Origin: Eledone cirrhosa | Taxonomy: Eukaryota | Assembly: GCA_964016885.1 (NCBI GenBank) | Contig: OZ024766.1 | Coordinates: forward strand, 5,580,001-5,644,000 | Direction: 5' to 3' | DNA: 64,000 bases | Shown: positions 41,700 to 54,769 of the stretch, in pieces | Layout of the letters: each line of letters begins with the position of its first letter | Position numbering within the stretch: position 1 is the stretch's first letter | Translations under genes and position numbers: made by a program | Notes under the pieces: generated by a model | Told to the model about the DNA's origin: nothing | What the model saw: the letters and a program-made list of their open reading frames with translations, nothing else | Databases searched by the model: none

Positions 41700-42066
41700 G
41701 GGTATCAAAAAATAAATATGGTATTTATAGGTCTCTACAGGTGGTAGGAGAGGGTGGGGAGTGGGATGGGTGTAGGTCATTGGTTTAAATCCATCAACCA
41801 TGACTGACCCCCAATGATCTTATAGACACCTGAAATCTAGGCATTGTTAGCTTAAGAGAAACTTAAAAATAAGGAGTGGCCCCCTATTCTGAACTTGTTT
41901 ATAGAATTCTTTCTGCCTTTGTTACTCTAAATATAAATTATAGCTTTGAAGAATTAGCTTTTAATGAATTCCCTTTTCTATCAACCAATGACCTCCACCC
42001 ATCCCACTCCCTACCCTCTCCTACCATCCGAAGAGATATAAATACCATATTTATTTTTTGATACCC

Positions 42067-42117
42067 AGATCCCTGATGATTTCTAAAGAATGAAACAGTT
42101 CTAGTCCTGTAGAATCT
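42067..42117 (+). ncRNA. Type I hammerhead ribozyme motif (family G, inverted partner)
   Basis: agatcc CTGATGA tttctaaagaat GAA ACAG ttctagtc CTGT A gaatct; lies in the inverted repeat ~41633-41790 vs ~41980-42135. Confidence 0.68.
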
Positions 42118-42191
42118 CATCTATATTAAAACTTTTATACTCTGCAATGTATTGAGTACCTTACTTACTGTGGTTACCTCCGATTCAAAAC

Positions 42192-42256
<65 letters not shown>

Positions 42257-42359
42257 CATATATGTATATATGTAAGTGTCCGTGCATATGTCAGTCTGTC
42301 AGTCGGTCTTGTTTGTTCGCCCATCCGTCCGCCATGACTGTCTATCTGTCTATCTATCT

Positions 42360-43068
42360 AGAGGACTGAGGACAGATGCCTTTCTCTCGAGACAACAATT
42401 GATTCCTTTCTTTAAGTATCACTTTAGAAGGAGAATCAGGGTGAAGAGAGAGGCACTGCACCCCAGTAAATTTACTGAAAGGTGTTATATGGTGGACGAG
42501 GTTGAGAGGACTGAGGACAGATGCCTTTCTCTCGAGACAGCAATTGATTCCTTTCTTTAAGTATCACTTTAGAAGGAGAATCAGGGTGAAGAGAGAGGCA
42601 CTGCACCCCAGTAAGTTTACTGAAAGGTGTTATATGGTGGACGAGGTTGAGAGGACTGAGGACAGATGCCTTTCTCTCGAGACAGCAATTGATTCCTTTC
42701 TTTAAGTATCACTTTAGAAGGAGAATCAGGGTGAAGAGAGAGGCACTGCACCCCAGTAAGTTTACTGAAAGGTGGGTGAATGTGGCGAGAATGGCCCGAG
42801 TGATTGGGCCTTCTCTGTATATAAACCTGTAGGTTGAGGAAGAGAGCAAAAGGAAGAAAGGAGCACTTGCACAACACGCTCCTGGAGTTGAGGGTTGTTC
42901 TATCTACGGGGTATTAAACAACCCATTTGTGGCGCCTCCCCCCTATTGGGGATTTCGATTGTTGTAATTGTTTGTTTTTATATTTTTTACACGACTGTAT
43001 GTAAAATCCCCGGCATGTCTTTGTATTGTCCCCTTTTCTTGTTGCGCCCTTGTGGCTAATAAAGAAAT
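42360..43068 (+). mobile_element. Tx1/L1-like LINE 3' end with a 145-bp segment triplicated
   Basis: KGVIWWTRLRGLRTD...PSKFTERWVNV...NL* resembles the KxxIWxxR...FxxxW C-terminus; 3'UTR with AATAAA near 43058; period 145 bp (42361, 42506, 42651). Confidence 0.55.
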
Positions 43069-43087
43069 CTATCTATCTGTCTGCCTT

Positions 43088-43120
<33 letters not shown>

Positions 43121-43136
43121 TAATCTCACCGTTAGG

Positions 43137-44645
43137 TTACCGATTAATGATATCTCGGACCCTGTAAACAGCAGACGCTTCTTTGTGTAACGACCCATAT
43201 ATGCCAGATTTTGAGTCGAGGCACATCTGGTACTGAGCACTGCTGAGGTCATGCGAGCAATTCTTCGAATGATATACGTGGACCAACGTCAAATCTGGGG
43301 CTCGCATGGCAGTGAGATTGGACCTGAGGCAGAGTTCGTAGAAATCTATATCCTCTTGGCCCCAACCTTCGATCTTCGTGTCATAACCGCCCACGTTGAG
43401 AAAATCCTTTTTGTAAATGGAAACCATCCCGAACCCAAAGTACCGCCAGAAGCCATCGTCTTTGCCGACCAAATAATGATTCTTTTTACAATTTGGTTTG
43501 TAACATATCGTTTCCGGATCAAATTGGCTGAAATATATTGGAAAATACACCTGTTTTCCGTAGACAGTGTTCATTCGTACTCTATGTAGAAAAGTCTCTG
43601 TTATAGCCATATCTATGTCGATGAAAAGTAAAAGTGAATTATTATTGCAACTTTTCATTCCATGCTGGAGCGCTACCCCTCGAGCGAAGTCTCCTTTTTG
43701 GTATGTCACCTCAAGTGTCATAGAAGCATACTTAGCCGCTAGTCGTTTCATCATACCGATTTGTGAGATGTAAAGTCCATCAGGGTCTTTATAGACCACG
43801 AGTATTACATGAAGGTTTTCTTTGTTCCTTTTAAAAATATTTTCCAGCGTGCCGATAAATCGTACAAAGGCTTCGGCCCTTCCAGAAATTGGCATTATTA
43901 GATTGATTTTTTTTATATCTGCCCCATGATTCGGGTTTTTGTATTTGCTGTTAATATCAAAGCGTCTCGTAAACATCTCTGATTCCTCGACAAACTTCAG
44001 AGGCAGCATACGCTGTGATGTCAAAAACGAGCCTTCATAAAACCCGTTCTTTGTCTTTCGTTGCAGCATATAGATATGCAGCAAATGCTGCACACCATGC
44101 AATGGTGATATGTATCGGTACGCTCGCAGAAACTTCTTAAATTTGATATTATCCGAGCCTTCCCAGTATCTGTTAAACAGAGCTCGAATGGCAGTCTGTA
44201 AATTTTCATCTTTTCTCTTCACAGACAGCCTCTGTTTCGGAGCAACATGGATATTTTCCATCGAATAAATTGAATCAGCTTCTAAAGCTTCCCATTGCGC
44301 TAACTCGTCTCTGTAGTCATACCAAAACGGAGCAGTTTTCTTCGTTTTTTGGAGTTTCCTAATGTTTATTTCTAACTGATGGAGGAGTTTATAAGCAGGC
44401 AGGGACACACTTTTCATCTGTTTTGCAGTCAGACCCCTCTTTGCCCTTTCCAGATCATTCAACAACATGTCAACTTTTCTTTGCAACCATTTTATCTCAT
44501 CCTTTTTGAAATGCATTGCAAGTCGTATCACAAAGCTACTGTTCTTCACTGGATGTAGAGTCAATGCATGGCTCTCCTTTGGCCCCAGTTCATGGTTGAA
44601 AGTTCCCTTCACTGCACGGTAGTTCTGGTAAAACAGTGCTCTTAC
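43137..44645 (-). CDS. CHSY1: CHSY1-like exon 4: C-terminal GT7 (beta1,4-GalNAc transferase) domain
   Basis: tttttggcag| acceptor; LFYQNY, TLHPVK, INLIMPISGR, FIDIDM, VYFPIYFSQF, GFWRYFGFG, GWGQED, HVYHSKNC motifs; stop at 43137-43139. Confidence 0.95.
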   Translation of the reverse strand, partial: VRALFYQNYRAVKGTFNHELGPKESHALTLHPVKNSSFVIRLAMHFKKDEIKWLQRKVDMLLNDLERAKRGLTAKQMKSVSLPAYKLLHQLEINIRKLQKTKKTAPFWYDYRDELAQWEALEADSIYSMENIHVAPKQRLSVKRKDENLQTAIRALFNRYWEGSDNIKFKKFLRAYRYISPLHGVQHLLHIYMLQRKTKNGFYEGSFLTSQRMLPLKFVEESEMFTRRFDINSKYKNPNHGADIKKINLIMPISGRAEAFVRFIGTLENIFKRNKENLHVILVVYKDPDGLYISQIGMMKRLAAKYASMTLEVTYQKGDFARGVALQHGMKSCNNNSLLLFIDIDMAITETFLHRVRMNTVYGKQVYFPIYFSQFDPETICYKPNCKKNHYLVGKDDGFWRYFGFGMVSIYKKDFLNVGGYDTKIEGWGQEDIDFYELCLRSNLTAMRAPDLTLVHVYHSKNCSHDLSSAQYQMCLDSKSGIYGSLHKEASAVYRVRDIINR

Positions 44646-44818
44646 CTGCCAAAAAAAATATAACAATAATAAAATATAACAAAATAAAAAATTTTATTTT
44701 TTTCAATTAAAAAATAATTATCCAGTTTATATAGAACCTTTGTTTTGTAAAACCCCATTACACCAATGTGAGGCAGAACAATTATCCAGCTTATATAGAA
44801 CCGTTATATTAGTAAGCT

Positions 44819-47077
44819 TTTACTGTGAAAATACAATAGTATATATAGAGTAATGTAAATGTTATGTGAGATATTATGTGAGGTAAAGCCTTTACTGTGA
44901 AAATACAATAGTATATATAGAGTAATGTAAATGTTATGTGAGATATTATGTGAGGTAAAGCCTTTACTGTGACAATACAATAGTATATATAGAGTAATGT
45001 AAATGTTATGTGAGATATTATGTGAGGTAAAGCCTTTACTGTGAAAATACAATAGTATATATAGAGTAATGTAAATGTTATGTGAGATATTATGTGAGGT
45101 AAAGCCTTTACTGTGACAATACAATAGTATATATAGAGTAATGTAAATGTTATGTGAGATATTATGTGAGGTGAAGCCTTTACTGTGAAAATACAATAGT
45201 ATATATAGAGTAATGTAAATGTTATGTGAGATATTATGTGAGGTAAAGCCTTTACTGTGAAAATACAATAGTATATATAGAGTAATGTAAATGTTATGTG
45301 AGATATTATGTGAGGTGAAGCCTTTACTGTGAAAATACAATAGTATATATAGAGTTATGTAAATGTTATAATAATAATGAAATTATTGTGTAAAGTGTTC
45401 AGGTGCACTACAACTCGTCAATATAGTACATAGAATAATACACAAATGTCAGGGAAGTACATGTTTGTATGTGTTAGCTGTAGTGTTGGCGGATCTCGGG
45501 AAGCATGGAGGCCTTAAAGGATGCAGTGTCTCGACAGCTAACAACTGATGCAGGTAGTTTGTTCCATACTTCAGCAACTCTGAGCGTGAAAAAATGTTTC
45601 CGAAAGTCATGGGAACTGTGCTGTTTTCTTACTTTGTGGGCATGTCCACGTGTGTTAGACACATGGAAATCGAAAAGGCACTCAGGGTTGTTGTTGGCAA
45701 CATGGTTAACAATTTTGTGGGTGTTTACCAAGTCAGTTGCCAGGCGTCGGAGCTTCAATGAATACATGCCCAGGGAAGCAAGGCGCTCAGAGTATGGTAG
45801 ATGCCTGATGGAGGGTATTCGCTTGGTTGCACGTCTCTGAACAGTTTCCAGGCGGTCAATGTCCTGAGCAAGATAGGGGTTCCAGACTGGTGATGCAAAT
45901 TCTAAGTGTGGTCGCACCATAGATGTATACAGCCTTAAATAGATATCTGGAGAGCGGCTGACAAAGGTCTTGCTGAGTGATGCTAAGGCACCCTCGGCCC
46001 TCTTGACAATTTTAGAGACGTGCCTCGTCCAACGCAAATCGCTGCTGACCGTAATGCCCAGGTCACGTTCACAGGAAGACTTCTTGATATTAGTGCTGTG
46101 GAGGGAGTATGTGGACGCTGGGTTTTTACTCCCAAAATGCATGGTAGTGCACTTGTCCACAGCTAGCTTGAGTTGCCAGTCTGAGATCCACTGTTGCATT
46201 GTGTTATGTGAGATATTATGTGAGGTAAAGCCTTTACTGTGACAATACAATAGTATATATAGAGTAATGTAAATGTTATGTGAGATATTATGTGAGGTAA
46301 AGCCTTTACTGTGAAAATACAATAGTATATATAGAGTAATGTAAATGTTATGTGAGATATTATGTGAGGTAAAGCCTTTACTGTGAAAATACAATAGTAT
46401 ATATAGAGTAATGTAAATGTTATGTGAGATATTATGTGAGGTAAAGCCTTTACTGTGAAAATACAATAGTATATATAGAGTAATGTAAATGTTATGTGAG
46501 ATATTATGTGAGGTAAAGCCTTTACTGTGAAAATACAATAGTATATATAGAGTAATGTAAATGTTATGTGAGATGTTATGTGAGGTAAAGCCTTTACTGT
46601 GAAAATATAATAGTATATATAGAGTAATGTAAATGTTATGTGAGATATTATGTGAGGTAAAGCCTTTACTGTGAAAATACAATAGTATATATAGAGTAAT
46701 GTAAATGTTATGTGAGATATTATGTGAGGTAAAGCCTTTACTGTGAAAATACAATAGTATATATAGAGTAATGTAAATGTTATGTGAGATATTATGTGAG
46801 GTAAAGCCTTTACTGTGAAAATACAATAGTATATATAGAGTAATGTAAATGTTATGTGAGATGTTATGTGAGGTAAAGCCTTTACTGTGAAAATACAATA
46901 GTATATATAGAGTAATGTAAATGTTATGTGAGATATTATGTGAGGTAAAGCCTTTACTGTGACAATACAATAGTAAATATAGAGTAATGTAAATGTTATG
47001 TGAGATATTATGTGAGGTAAAGCCTTTACTGTGAAAATACAATAGTATATATAGAGTAATGTAAATGTTATGTGAGG
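44819..47077 (-). repeat. 72-bp satellite in CHSY intron 3, interrupted by a CR1-type LINE
   Basis: Reverse complement of the 14325 unit; blocks at 44819-45369 and 46201-47077. Confidence 0.9.
45370..46200 (-). mobile_element. CR1/L2-group LINE 3' fragment
   Basis: WQLKLAVDKC, ERDLGI, LYTSMVRPHLEFASPVWNPY, VQRRATK, TRGH, FFTLRVAEVWNKLP. Confidence 0.88.
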
Positions 47078-47327
47078 TGGATTGGCAGTATCGGTAGAGG
47101 GTTGGACGTCATGCTTTCCAGCATAGTTACGTCCCTTTACGATCTGAGTTCAAATCCCACCAAGGTTGACTTTGCCTTTCATCTTTACAGGGTCGATAAA
47201 ATAAAGTACCAGTAATGTACTGGGTAATTGCTGGCCTTGTGCCTAAAGTAGAAACAATTATATTAGTAAGTTATGTAAAGAAAGAAAAAAAATTAATTTT
47301 TCTCTCGTTTTATTATTTTTTCCTTAC

Positions 47328-47482
47328 CTTTCTGTTTGATTTGCATTCAACTTTCAGGTAGTTCTCCACACACCTGCCCAATTCGGTATCCTCGTGTGTT
47401 GTAGCAGTATCACCTTTACAGTTATCCAGCTTCGGGGCCAAAACTTTCAGGGCCTTGTGACTAAATATGACCCCTGGACCAC
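47328..47482 (-). CDS. CHSY1: CHSY1-like exon 3 (not in the ORF track)
   Basis: tattacag| acceptor; translates (G)GPGVIFSHKALKVLAPKLDNCKGDTATTHEDTELGRCVENYLKVECKSNRK, matching the CHSY GGPGV...THEDVEVGRC motif; AAG|gtaagg donor. Phases 1 and 0 fit both neighbours. Confidence 0.92.
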
Positions 47483-48177
<695 letters not shown>

Positions 48178-48718
48178 CTATACAGTACAAATAGTCTTTT
48201 CCCATACCGAGTCTTCCTTTTTCTTCAGGGACCCCTTGTCCATAATGTCCCATGTAAATCTTCTCCCCGCTATTTAGGGATTTCAACAAACTTCCCAATT
48301 CTTGGCCCTTAATAAATACGTCATCGTCAGCCCTGATAAAATACTCATACTTGTCAGCATGTTTCAAGTACAGATATTTCAGCATTTCGAAGACTTTGCC
48401 CTGGGGAGGGTAAACGTTATCTGGGACACGATTTAAACGGATGAGAGGCATCCTGTCAGGGCCTGGTTCCGTACTGTTACCCACGAAAAAAACCACGTCC
48501 CCTGGAATTGACTTCAACCAGGTCATACGTATGGCCCAATCCCTTGTCTTGAAATACTGGAAACTCGTCATCACACCGACCAGAACGAGCTTTTTGCGAG
48601 GCCCTGTGTTGAATTTGAAGTCCCCGAGGTCCTCGACGAAATCTGGGAGCTGCTGTTTCAAGGGACTTGCTTTCAAGGGACTTGCTTTCAAGGGACTGAC
48701 TTTTACTGGAAGATCTAA
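48178..48718 (-). CDS. CHSY1: CHSY1-like exon 2: N-terminal GT31/fringe-like (GlcA transferase) domain
   Basis: ttcttcttacag| acceptor; LVLVGVMTS, TW, DNVYPPQGKVFEMLKY, YEYFIRADDDVFI, YMG motifs; ATAG|gtgagt donor, phase 1. Confidence 0.92.
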
Positions 48719-48771
48719 CTGTAAGAAGAAGATGAAAAAGAAGAAGAAGAATGTAGCGGTTTACCACGGAA

Positions 48772-50170
48772 GTACAATAGTATATATAGAGTAATGTAGA
48801 TGTTATGTGAGATATTATGTGAGGTAAAGCCTTTACTGTGAAAATACAATAGTATATATAGAGTTATGTAAATGTTGTGTGAGATATTATGTGAGGTAAA
48901 GCCTTTACTGTGAAAATACAATAGTATATATAGAGTAATGTAAATGTTATGTGAGATATTATGTGAGGTAAAGCCTTTACTGTGACAATACAATAGTATA
49001 TATAGAGTAATGTAAATGTTATGTGAGGTATTATGTGAGGTAAAGCCTTTACTGTGACAATACAATAGTATATATAGAGTAATGTAAATGTTATGTGACA
49101 TATTATGTAAGATAAAGCCTTTACTGTGAAAATACAATAGTATATATAGAGTAATGTAAATGTTATGTGAGATATTATGTGAGGTAAAGCCTTTACTGTG
49201 AAAATACAATAGTATATATAGAGTAATGTAAATGTTATGTGACATATTATGTAAGATAAAGCCTTTACTGTGAAAATACAATAGTATATATAGAGTAATG
49301 TAAATGTTATGTGAGATATTATGTGAGGTAAAGCCTTTACTGTGAAAATACAATAGTATATATAGAGTAATGTAAATGTTATGTGACATATTATGTAAGA
49401 TAAAGCCTTTACTGTGAAAATACAATAGTATATATAGAGTAATGTAAATGTTATGTGAGATATTATGTGAGGTAAAGCCTTTACTGTGAAAATACAGTAG
49501 TATATATAGAGTAATGTAAATGTTATGTGAGATATTATGTGAGGTAAAGCCTTTACTGTGACAATACAATAGTATATATAGAGTAATGTAAATGTTATGT
49601 GAGGTATTATGTGAGGTAAAGCCTTTACTGTGACAATACAATAGTATATATAGAGTAATGTAAATGTTATGTGAGATATTATGTGAGGTAAAGCCTTTAC
49701 TGTGAAAATACAATAGTATATATAGAGTAATGTAAATGTTATGTGAGATATTATGTGAGGTAAAGCCTTTACTGTGAAAATACAATAGTATATATAGAGT
49801 AATGTAAATGTTATGTGAGATATTATGTGAGGTAAAGCCTTTACTGTGACAATACAATAGTATATATAGAGTAATGTAAATGTTATGTGAGATATTATGT
49901 GAGGTAAAGCCTTTACTGTGAAAATACAATAGTATATATAGAGTAATGTAAATGTTATGTGAGATATTATGTGAGGTAAAGCCTTTACTGTGAAAATACA
50001 ATAGTATATATAGAGTAATGTAAATGTTATGTAAGATATTATGTGAGGTAAAGCCTTTACTGTGAAAATACAATAGTATATATAGAGTTATGTAAATGTT
50101 ATGTGAGGTATTATGTGAGGTAAAGCCTTTACTGTGAAAATACAATAGTATATATAGAGTAATGTAAATG
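48772..50170 (-). repeat. 72-bp satellite in CHSY intron 1 (~19 copies)
   Basis: Same unit as the 14325 and 44819 arrays. Confidence 0.92.
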
Positions 50171-50659
50171 CTAAAAGGTTAAAAGATATATTTCAAAAGA
50201 TATATTGTTTGAAATATATATTTTGTACACCTATTTAATACAAATAACTCTTTCCACCTTAAAATATTAAGTACAAAATACTATGTGTTTCGCAGTTATA
50301 TTAACAGAGAGATGGAGAGTTATATATATAACTCTCTCTGTAAATATATCTTTTTAATTTGAATTAGTCATGCTGAAAACTAAAGATTCATTGAGCTAAG
50401 TTAACAACAAACTTGACTATCATACATATTAAATACACTTTGATACTTTAATATAATCTATATACGCATACACTGTTCACTTTCCAGACATTTGTACATT
50501 ATTCTATGTACTATACATGCACCTTTGATGAGCTGTAGTACTGCTGAACACTGTACACAATAATTTTGATTATATATAATTTTGACTATATATATATATA
50601 GTCACTTATATATTATAGAACACTGTTGGCTTTTTGCTACAATATTTTCTATACCTTTC

Positions 50660-50711
<52 letters not shown>

Positions 50712-50807
50712 ATATATTTATATGTATAAATATATATACATATATATATATATTTATATGTATAAATAAATATACATATATATATATATATTTATATGTA
50801 TAAATAA

Positions 50808-50850
<43 letters not shown>

Positions 50851-50930
50851 CATGTATATATATATATATCTGTGTGTCATCGCCTTTGAGAGGTGTAATT
50901 GGGTAAGGCCGCGTATATATATATACATAT

Positions 50931-51003
<73 letters not shown>

Positions 51004-51009
51004 AATATA

Positions 51010-51063
<54 letters not shown>

Positions 51064-51083
51064 TATCTATATATATATATATA

Positions 51084-51133
<50 letters not shown>

Positions 51134-51294
51134 TAAATATATATATATCTATATATAATGAAAATTATTGTGTACAGTGCTTAGGCATCCAACCCGATTA
51201 TTTCTATGTCCCCGCGCATATACACACATATGTACACATGCATATACGTATATATATACATATACATACATACATACATATATATATATCACCA

Positions 51295-51630
51295 TAAAAA
51301 TACGTGATTCACAAAAGAAATAAGGGTGCAGGTAAAACACCTAGATGTGACAACAAGTGCATAACCCCGTAGAATTAACATCGAAGATGTCACCCTTGTC
51401 ATAAACAGCTGTCCAAAGGTGTCATCGTGGTACTATCTACCTATGAGGCGTGATGTAGTGGCCAAAACACTGTACAATGCAATCCGTAGAAAAGATAGCC
51501 CCGATAATAAACACATTAAAAGCTACAGCAATGTGGAAGACATACATATACATAATATGAAAGAGTAATGGTGGAATGTTCCAGTAAAAACCCCAATAAA
51601 ATGCGAGCATAACAGACCAGATATAATTGT
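51295..51630 (+). mobile_element. Decayed REL-type (R4/Dong-like) LINE fragment
   Basis: INIEDVTLVINSCPKVSSWYYLPMRRDVVAKTLY...WWNVPVKTPIKCEHNRPDII, with stops. Confidence 0.65.
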
Positions 51631-51820
51631 TTCTACTTTTGGCACAAGGCCAGCAATTACACAGTACATTACTGGTACTTTATTTTATCGACCCCGTAAG
51701 GATGAAAGGCAAAGTTAACCTCGGCGGGATTTGAACTCAGAATGGCAAGGGCCGTAACTCTATGCGTCAAAGCATGGCGTCCAACCCTCTACCGATACTG
51801 CCAATTCACTGCCAATTAAG
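51628..51820 (-). mobile_element. SINE family 2 insertion with a 14-bp target-site duplication
   Basis: agaccagatataat at 51614-51627 and 51821-51834. Confidence 0.75.
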
Positions 51821-51873
51821 AGACCAGATATAATATGACCAGATATATATGATTATATATATATGTGTGTGTG

Positions 51874-52515
51874 ACAGCTCACACCTATACAGGTTTAGCT
51901 GGCCTCCTCCAAGGTATATCTCGTTGGAGGTGTCTTGGGTGTTTTAATGATAGGGACCCCAGTCCTATCATGTTACAACTCTCACCTATGCAGGTTTAAC
52001 TGGCCTCCTCCAAGGTATATCTCGTTGGAGGTGTCTTGGGTGTTTTAATGATAGGGACCCCAGTCCTATCATGTTACAACTCTCACCTATACAGGTTTAG
52101 CTGGCCTCCTCCAAGGTATATCTCGTTGGAGGTGTCTTGGGTGTTTTAATGATAGTGACCCCAGTCCTATAATGTGACAGCTCACACTTATGCAGATTTA
52201 GCTGGCCTCCTCCAAGGTATATCTCGTTGGAGGTGTCTTGGGTGATTTAATGATAGGGACCCCAGTCCTATAATGTGACAGCTCACACTTATGCAGATTT
52301 AGCTGGCCTCCTCCAAGGTATATCTCGTTGGAGGTGTCTTGGGTGATTTAATGATAGGGATCCCAGTCCCTATCATCTCATTTCTACAGCTGAGTAAACT
52401 GGAGCAATGTGAAATAAAGTGTCTTGCTCAAGGAAACAACACATCACCCGGTCTGAGAATTGAACTCACAACCTTTCGATTGCAAGGCCAATGCTCTAAC
52501 CACTAGGCCATGCAC
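51874..52515 (-). repeat. 101-bp tandem repeat (5 copies) fused to a CORE-like SINE head
   Basis: Period 101 (51901, 52002); each unit ends in SINE sequence atgatagggaccccagtcc and contains the hairpin cctccaa...ttggagg. Confidence 0.8.
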
Positions 52516-52535
52516 TTTCACCAGATATATATGAT

Positions 52536-52982
52536 ACTAGTAGTGGTACCCAGCATTGCACGGGATAAGGTATTTTGGAACGCAGGCCGCCAACAGACCT
52601 AGTCGTGGAAAAACTGCATGCCTGGACAATATGTAAAGAAAATAAACTGAAAAAAAGCCCTAAAAAGCTGAAAAAATGAAGTTTTTCACCTAATGCGGGC
52701 CCTAGGCCATAAAAAAAATTGGATTTTCTTTGCTCACGGTATGAAGAAGAGACTGACTAATACATAGTTACAATTTCAAGGAAATTGGTCTGACGCAATG
52801 CGTCAAAAAAATCCTAAAAAGTTAAATTTTTTTATGTGCATAACACTCCCTGAAACATAAGTAATACACATGTAAAGTTTGAAAAAAATCGGTTGGGTGC
52901 TTCTCGAGTTTTAGGGATTCAAACTCTGACATACAGACAGACACACATACAGACAGACATCCTCAGTTTTATATATATAGAT
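52536..52982 (-). mobile_element. Non-autonomous Helitron-like element
   Basis: The minus strand starts atctatatatataaaactgaggatgtctgtctgt and ends in a hairpin (cccgtgcaatgctggg) plus ctagt. Confidence 0.65.
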
Positions 52983-54357
52983 ATGCATACACACACACAC
53001 ACACATACCCACCCACACCCACCCACACGCACCCATATATATTATCAGCAAGCGATAAAAGTTCAAAAGATTACCTTTGTATGTCATTTCCTCATATATA
53101 TTTTAAATTAAAAAGATTAGAAGGCAAGGAAAAATATTTACATATTTATTTGGGAAAAAATACTATCTAAGTAATTTAATTAGCAATTGAGGTGTGCTGA
53201 CAACAAAAGACTTCTTGTTAAATACAAAAGGACAATTGTATGAGGCCTGTGTGTGAAGTGCGATGCTGCTTAGTAGTGAAACATGGGCATGACTGCAGAG
53301 GGAGTGTATAGACTAGCGAGAGAATTATAGCTAGAATAAGGATAGGATGGAAGAAGTTTAGGGAGCTGCTCCCACTGTTGAGAACAAAAGGTTTCTCCCT
53401 GTGGTGGGTGCTTTTTTGCCGTGGCACCTCCACGTCCACTTTACAGTGGAATGATAGGGACCCCAGTCCCTATCATCTCATTTCTACAGCTGAGTAAACT
53501 GGAGCAATGTGAAATAAAGTGTCTTAGGTGGATAATTTATCCACCTAATCTTAACTAAATTAGAGATAGAACAGATACTCTACACCATTTCCTGTCAGCA
53601 TGACTTGGCAAGCTATTTAGAACACTGGTTTGACAACTTTATTCCCTCTGAAGAAGAGATATTATCTCGAAAATTTAGGACATTTAAATAAATCTAAGGT
53701 AAAAGATTAATTGTCAACAATATCTTTTGCATTTGCATTCTTTATTCTATGTCCATACCTGCATTGTTTTGGCTTTATTATACATATACAAACGTTTATA
53801 CCTCATTACACAATGCTTCAAGTGAACTATAACCTCCTCCATATATATATATATACATATATATGGAGGAGGTTATAGTTGGAGGCACATGGCTTAGTGA
53901 TTAGAGCATTGGCCTTGAATATGAAAGGTTGTGAGTTCAATTCTCAGACCGGGTGATGTGTTGTTTCCTTGAGCAAGACACTTTATTTCAAATTGCTCCA
54001 GTTTACTCAGCTGTAGAAATGAGATGATAGGGACTGGGGTCACTATCATTCCACTGTAAAGTGGTCGTGGAGGTGCCACGGCAAAAAAGCACCCAGCATT
54101 CACTGTAAATGAAGTTGGTGTTAGGAAGGGCATCCAGCTATAGAAATCAAGCCAGAATCAGTTCCCGTCCCACCCTTGCAAGCAGGGAAAAAGCGGACGT
54201 AAAATGAAATGATGATGATATATAATTATCTGTATATATATATATATATATATATAATTATCTGTATATATATATATATATATAATTATCTGTATATATA
54301 TATATATATATATATAATTATCTGTATATATATATATATATAATTATCTGAACTTAC

Positions 54358-54543
54358 CACAGGGATTTTCGAGCTGACCGAATTTGAACATCTGCTGGTC
54401 AAAAACGTGGGGAAATATATTGTACATATTGAAGTGGTCAGTTGTATTCCGGCCAATATACTAATGAAGAAAAGCAATATGTCCGTTATACACTTTTCTT
54501 TTCTCCTTGTCCGTCGATTAATGAGTTGTTTGCAGGGTAACAT
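54358..54543 (-). CDS. CHSY1: Chondroitin sulfate synthase (CHSY1-like), coding exon 1: cytoplasmic tail plus type II membrane anchor
   Basis: ATG at 54543; reads MLPCKQLINRRTRRKEKCITDILLFFISILAGIQLTTSICTIYF...KIPV, then a GTG|gtaagt donor. Phase 0 matches the exon 2 acceptor. Confidence 0.7.
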
Positions 54544-54769
54544 GGTGTAAACATCTGGGGTAATCTTTACGTCTTTTTTATGCCATAGAGAATTCTTGTC
54601 GTAACATTTGTCGTGACTATTGAAATAGAAAAAATGGTAGTTAGGGAAATAACCACTGCCGACCCACCATTGACACCCCCGTCCCAGGAGGGGAATTATT
54701 GAATATTGAATTTGACACAAGCAGGGAAAAGCGGACGTAAAATGATGATGATGATGATGATGAATTTGA

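Noticed and set aside
45474-47042. 522-aa ORF fusing 24-aa repeats to an RT C-terminus
   Set aside because: Chance in-frame join of a stop-free satellite and a 5'-truncated CR1 fragment inside an intron; no RT catalytic core.
53640-53685. ctgaagaagagatattatctcgaaaatttagga hammerhead-like motif; similarly 6090-6120, 50525-50630 and 58445-58495
   Set aside because: Stem I or the core is incomplete; possibly decayed copies, but not supportable.
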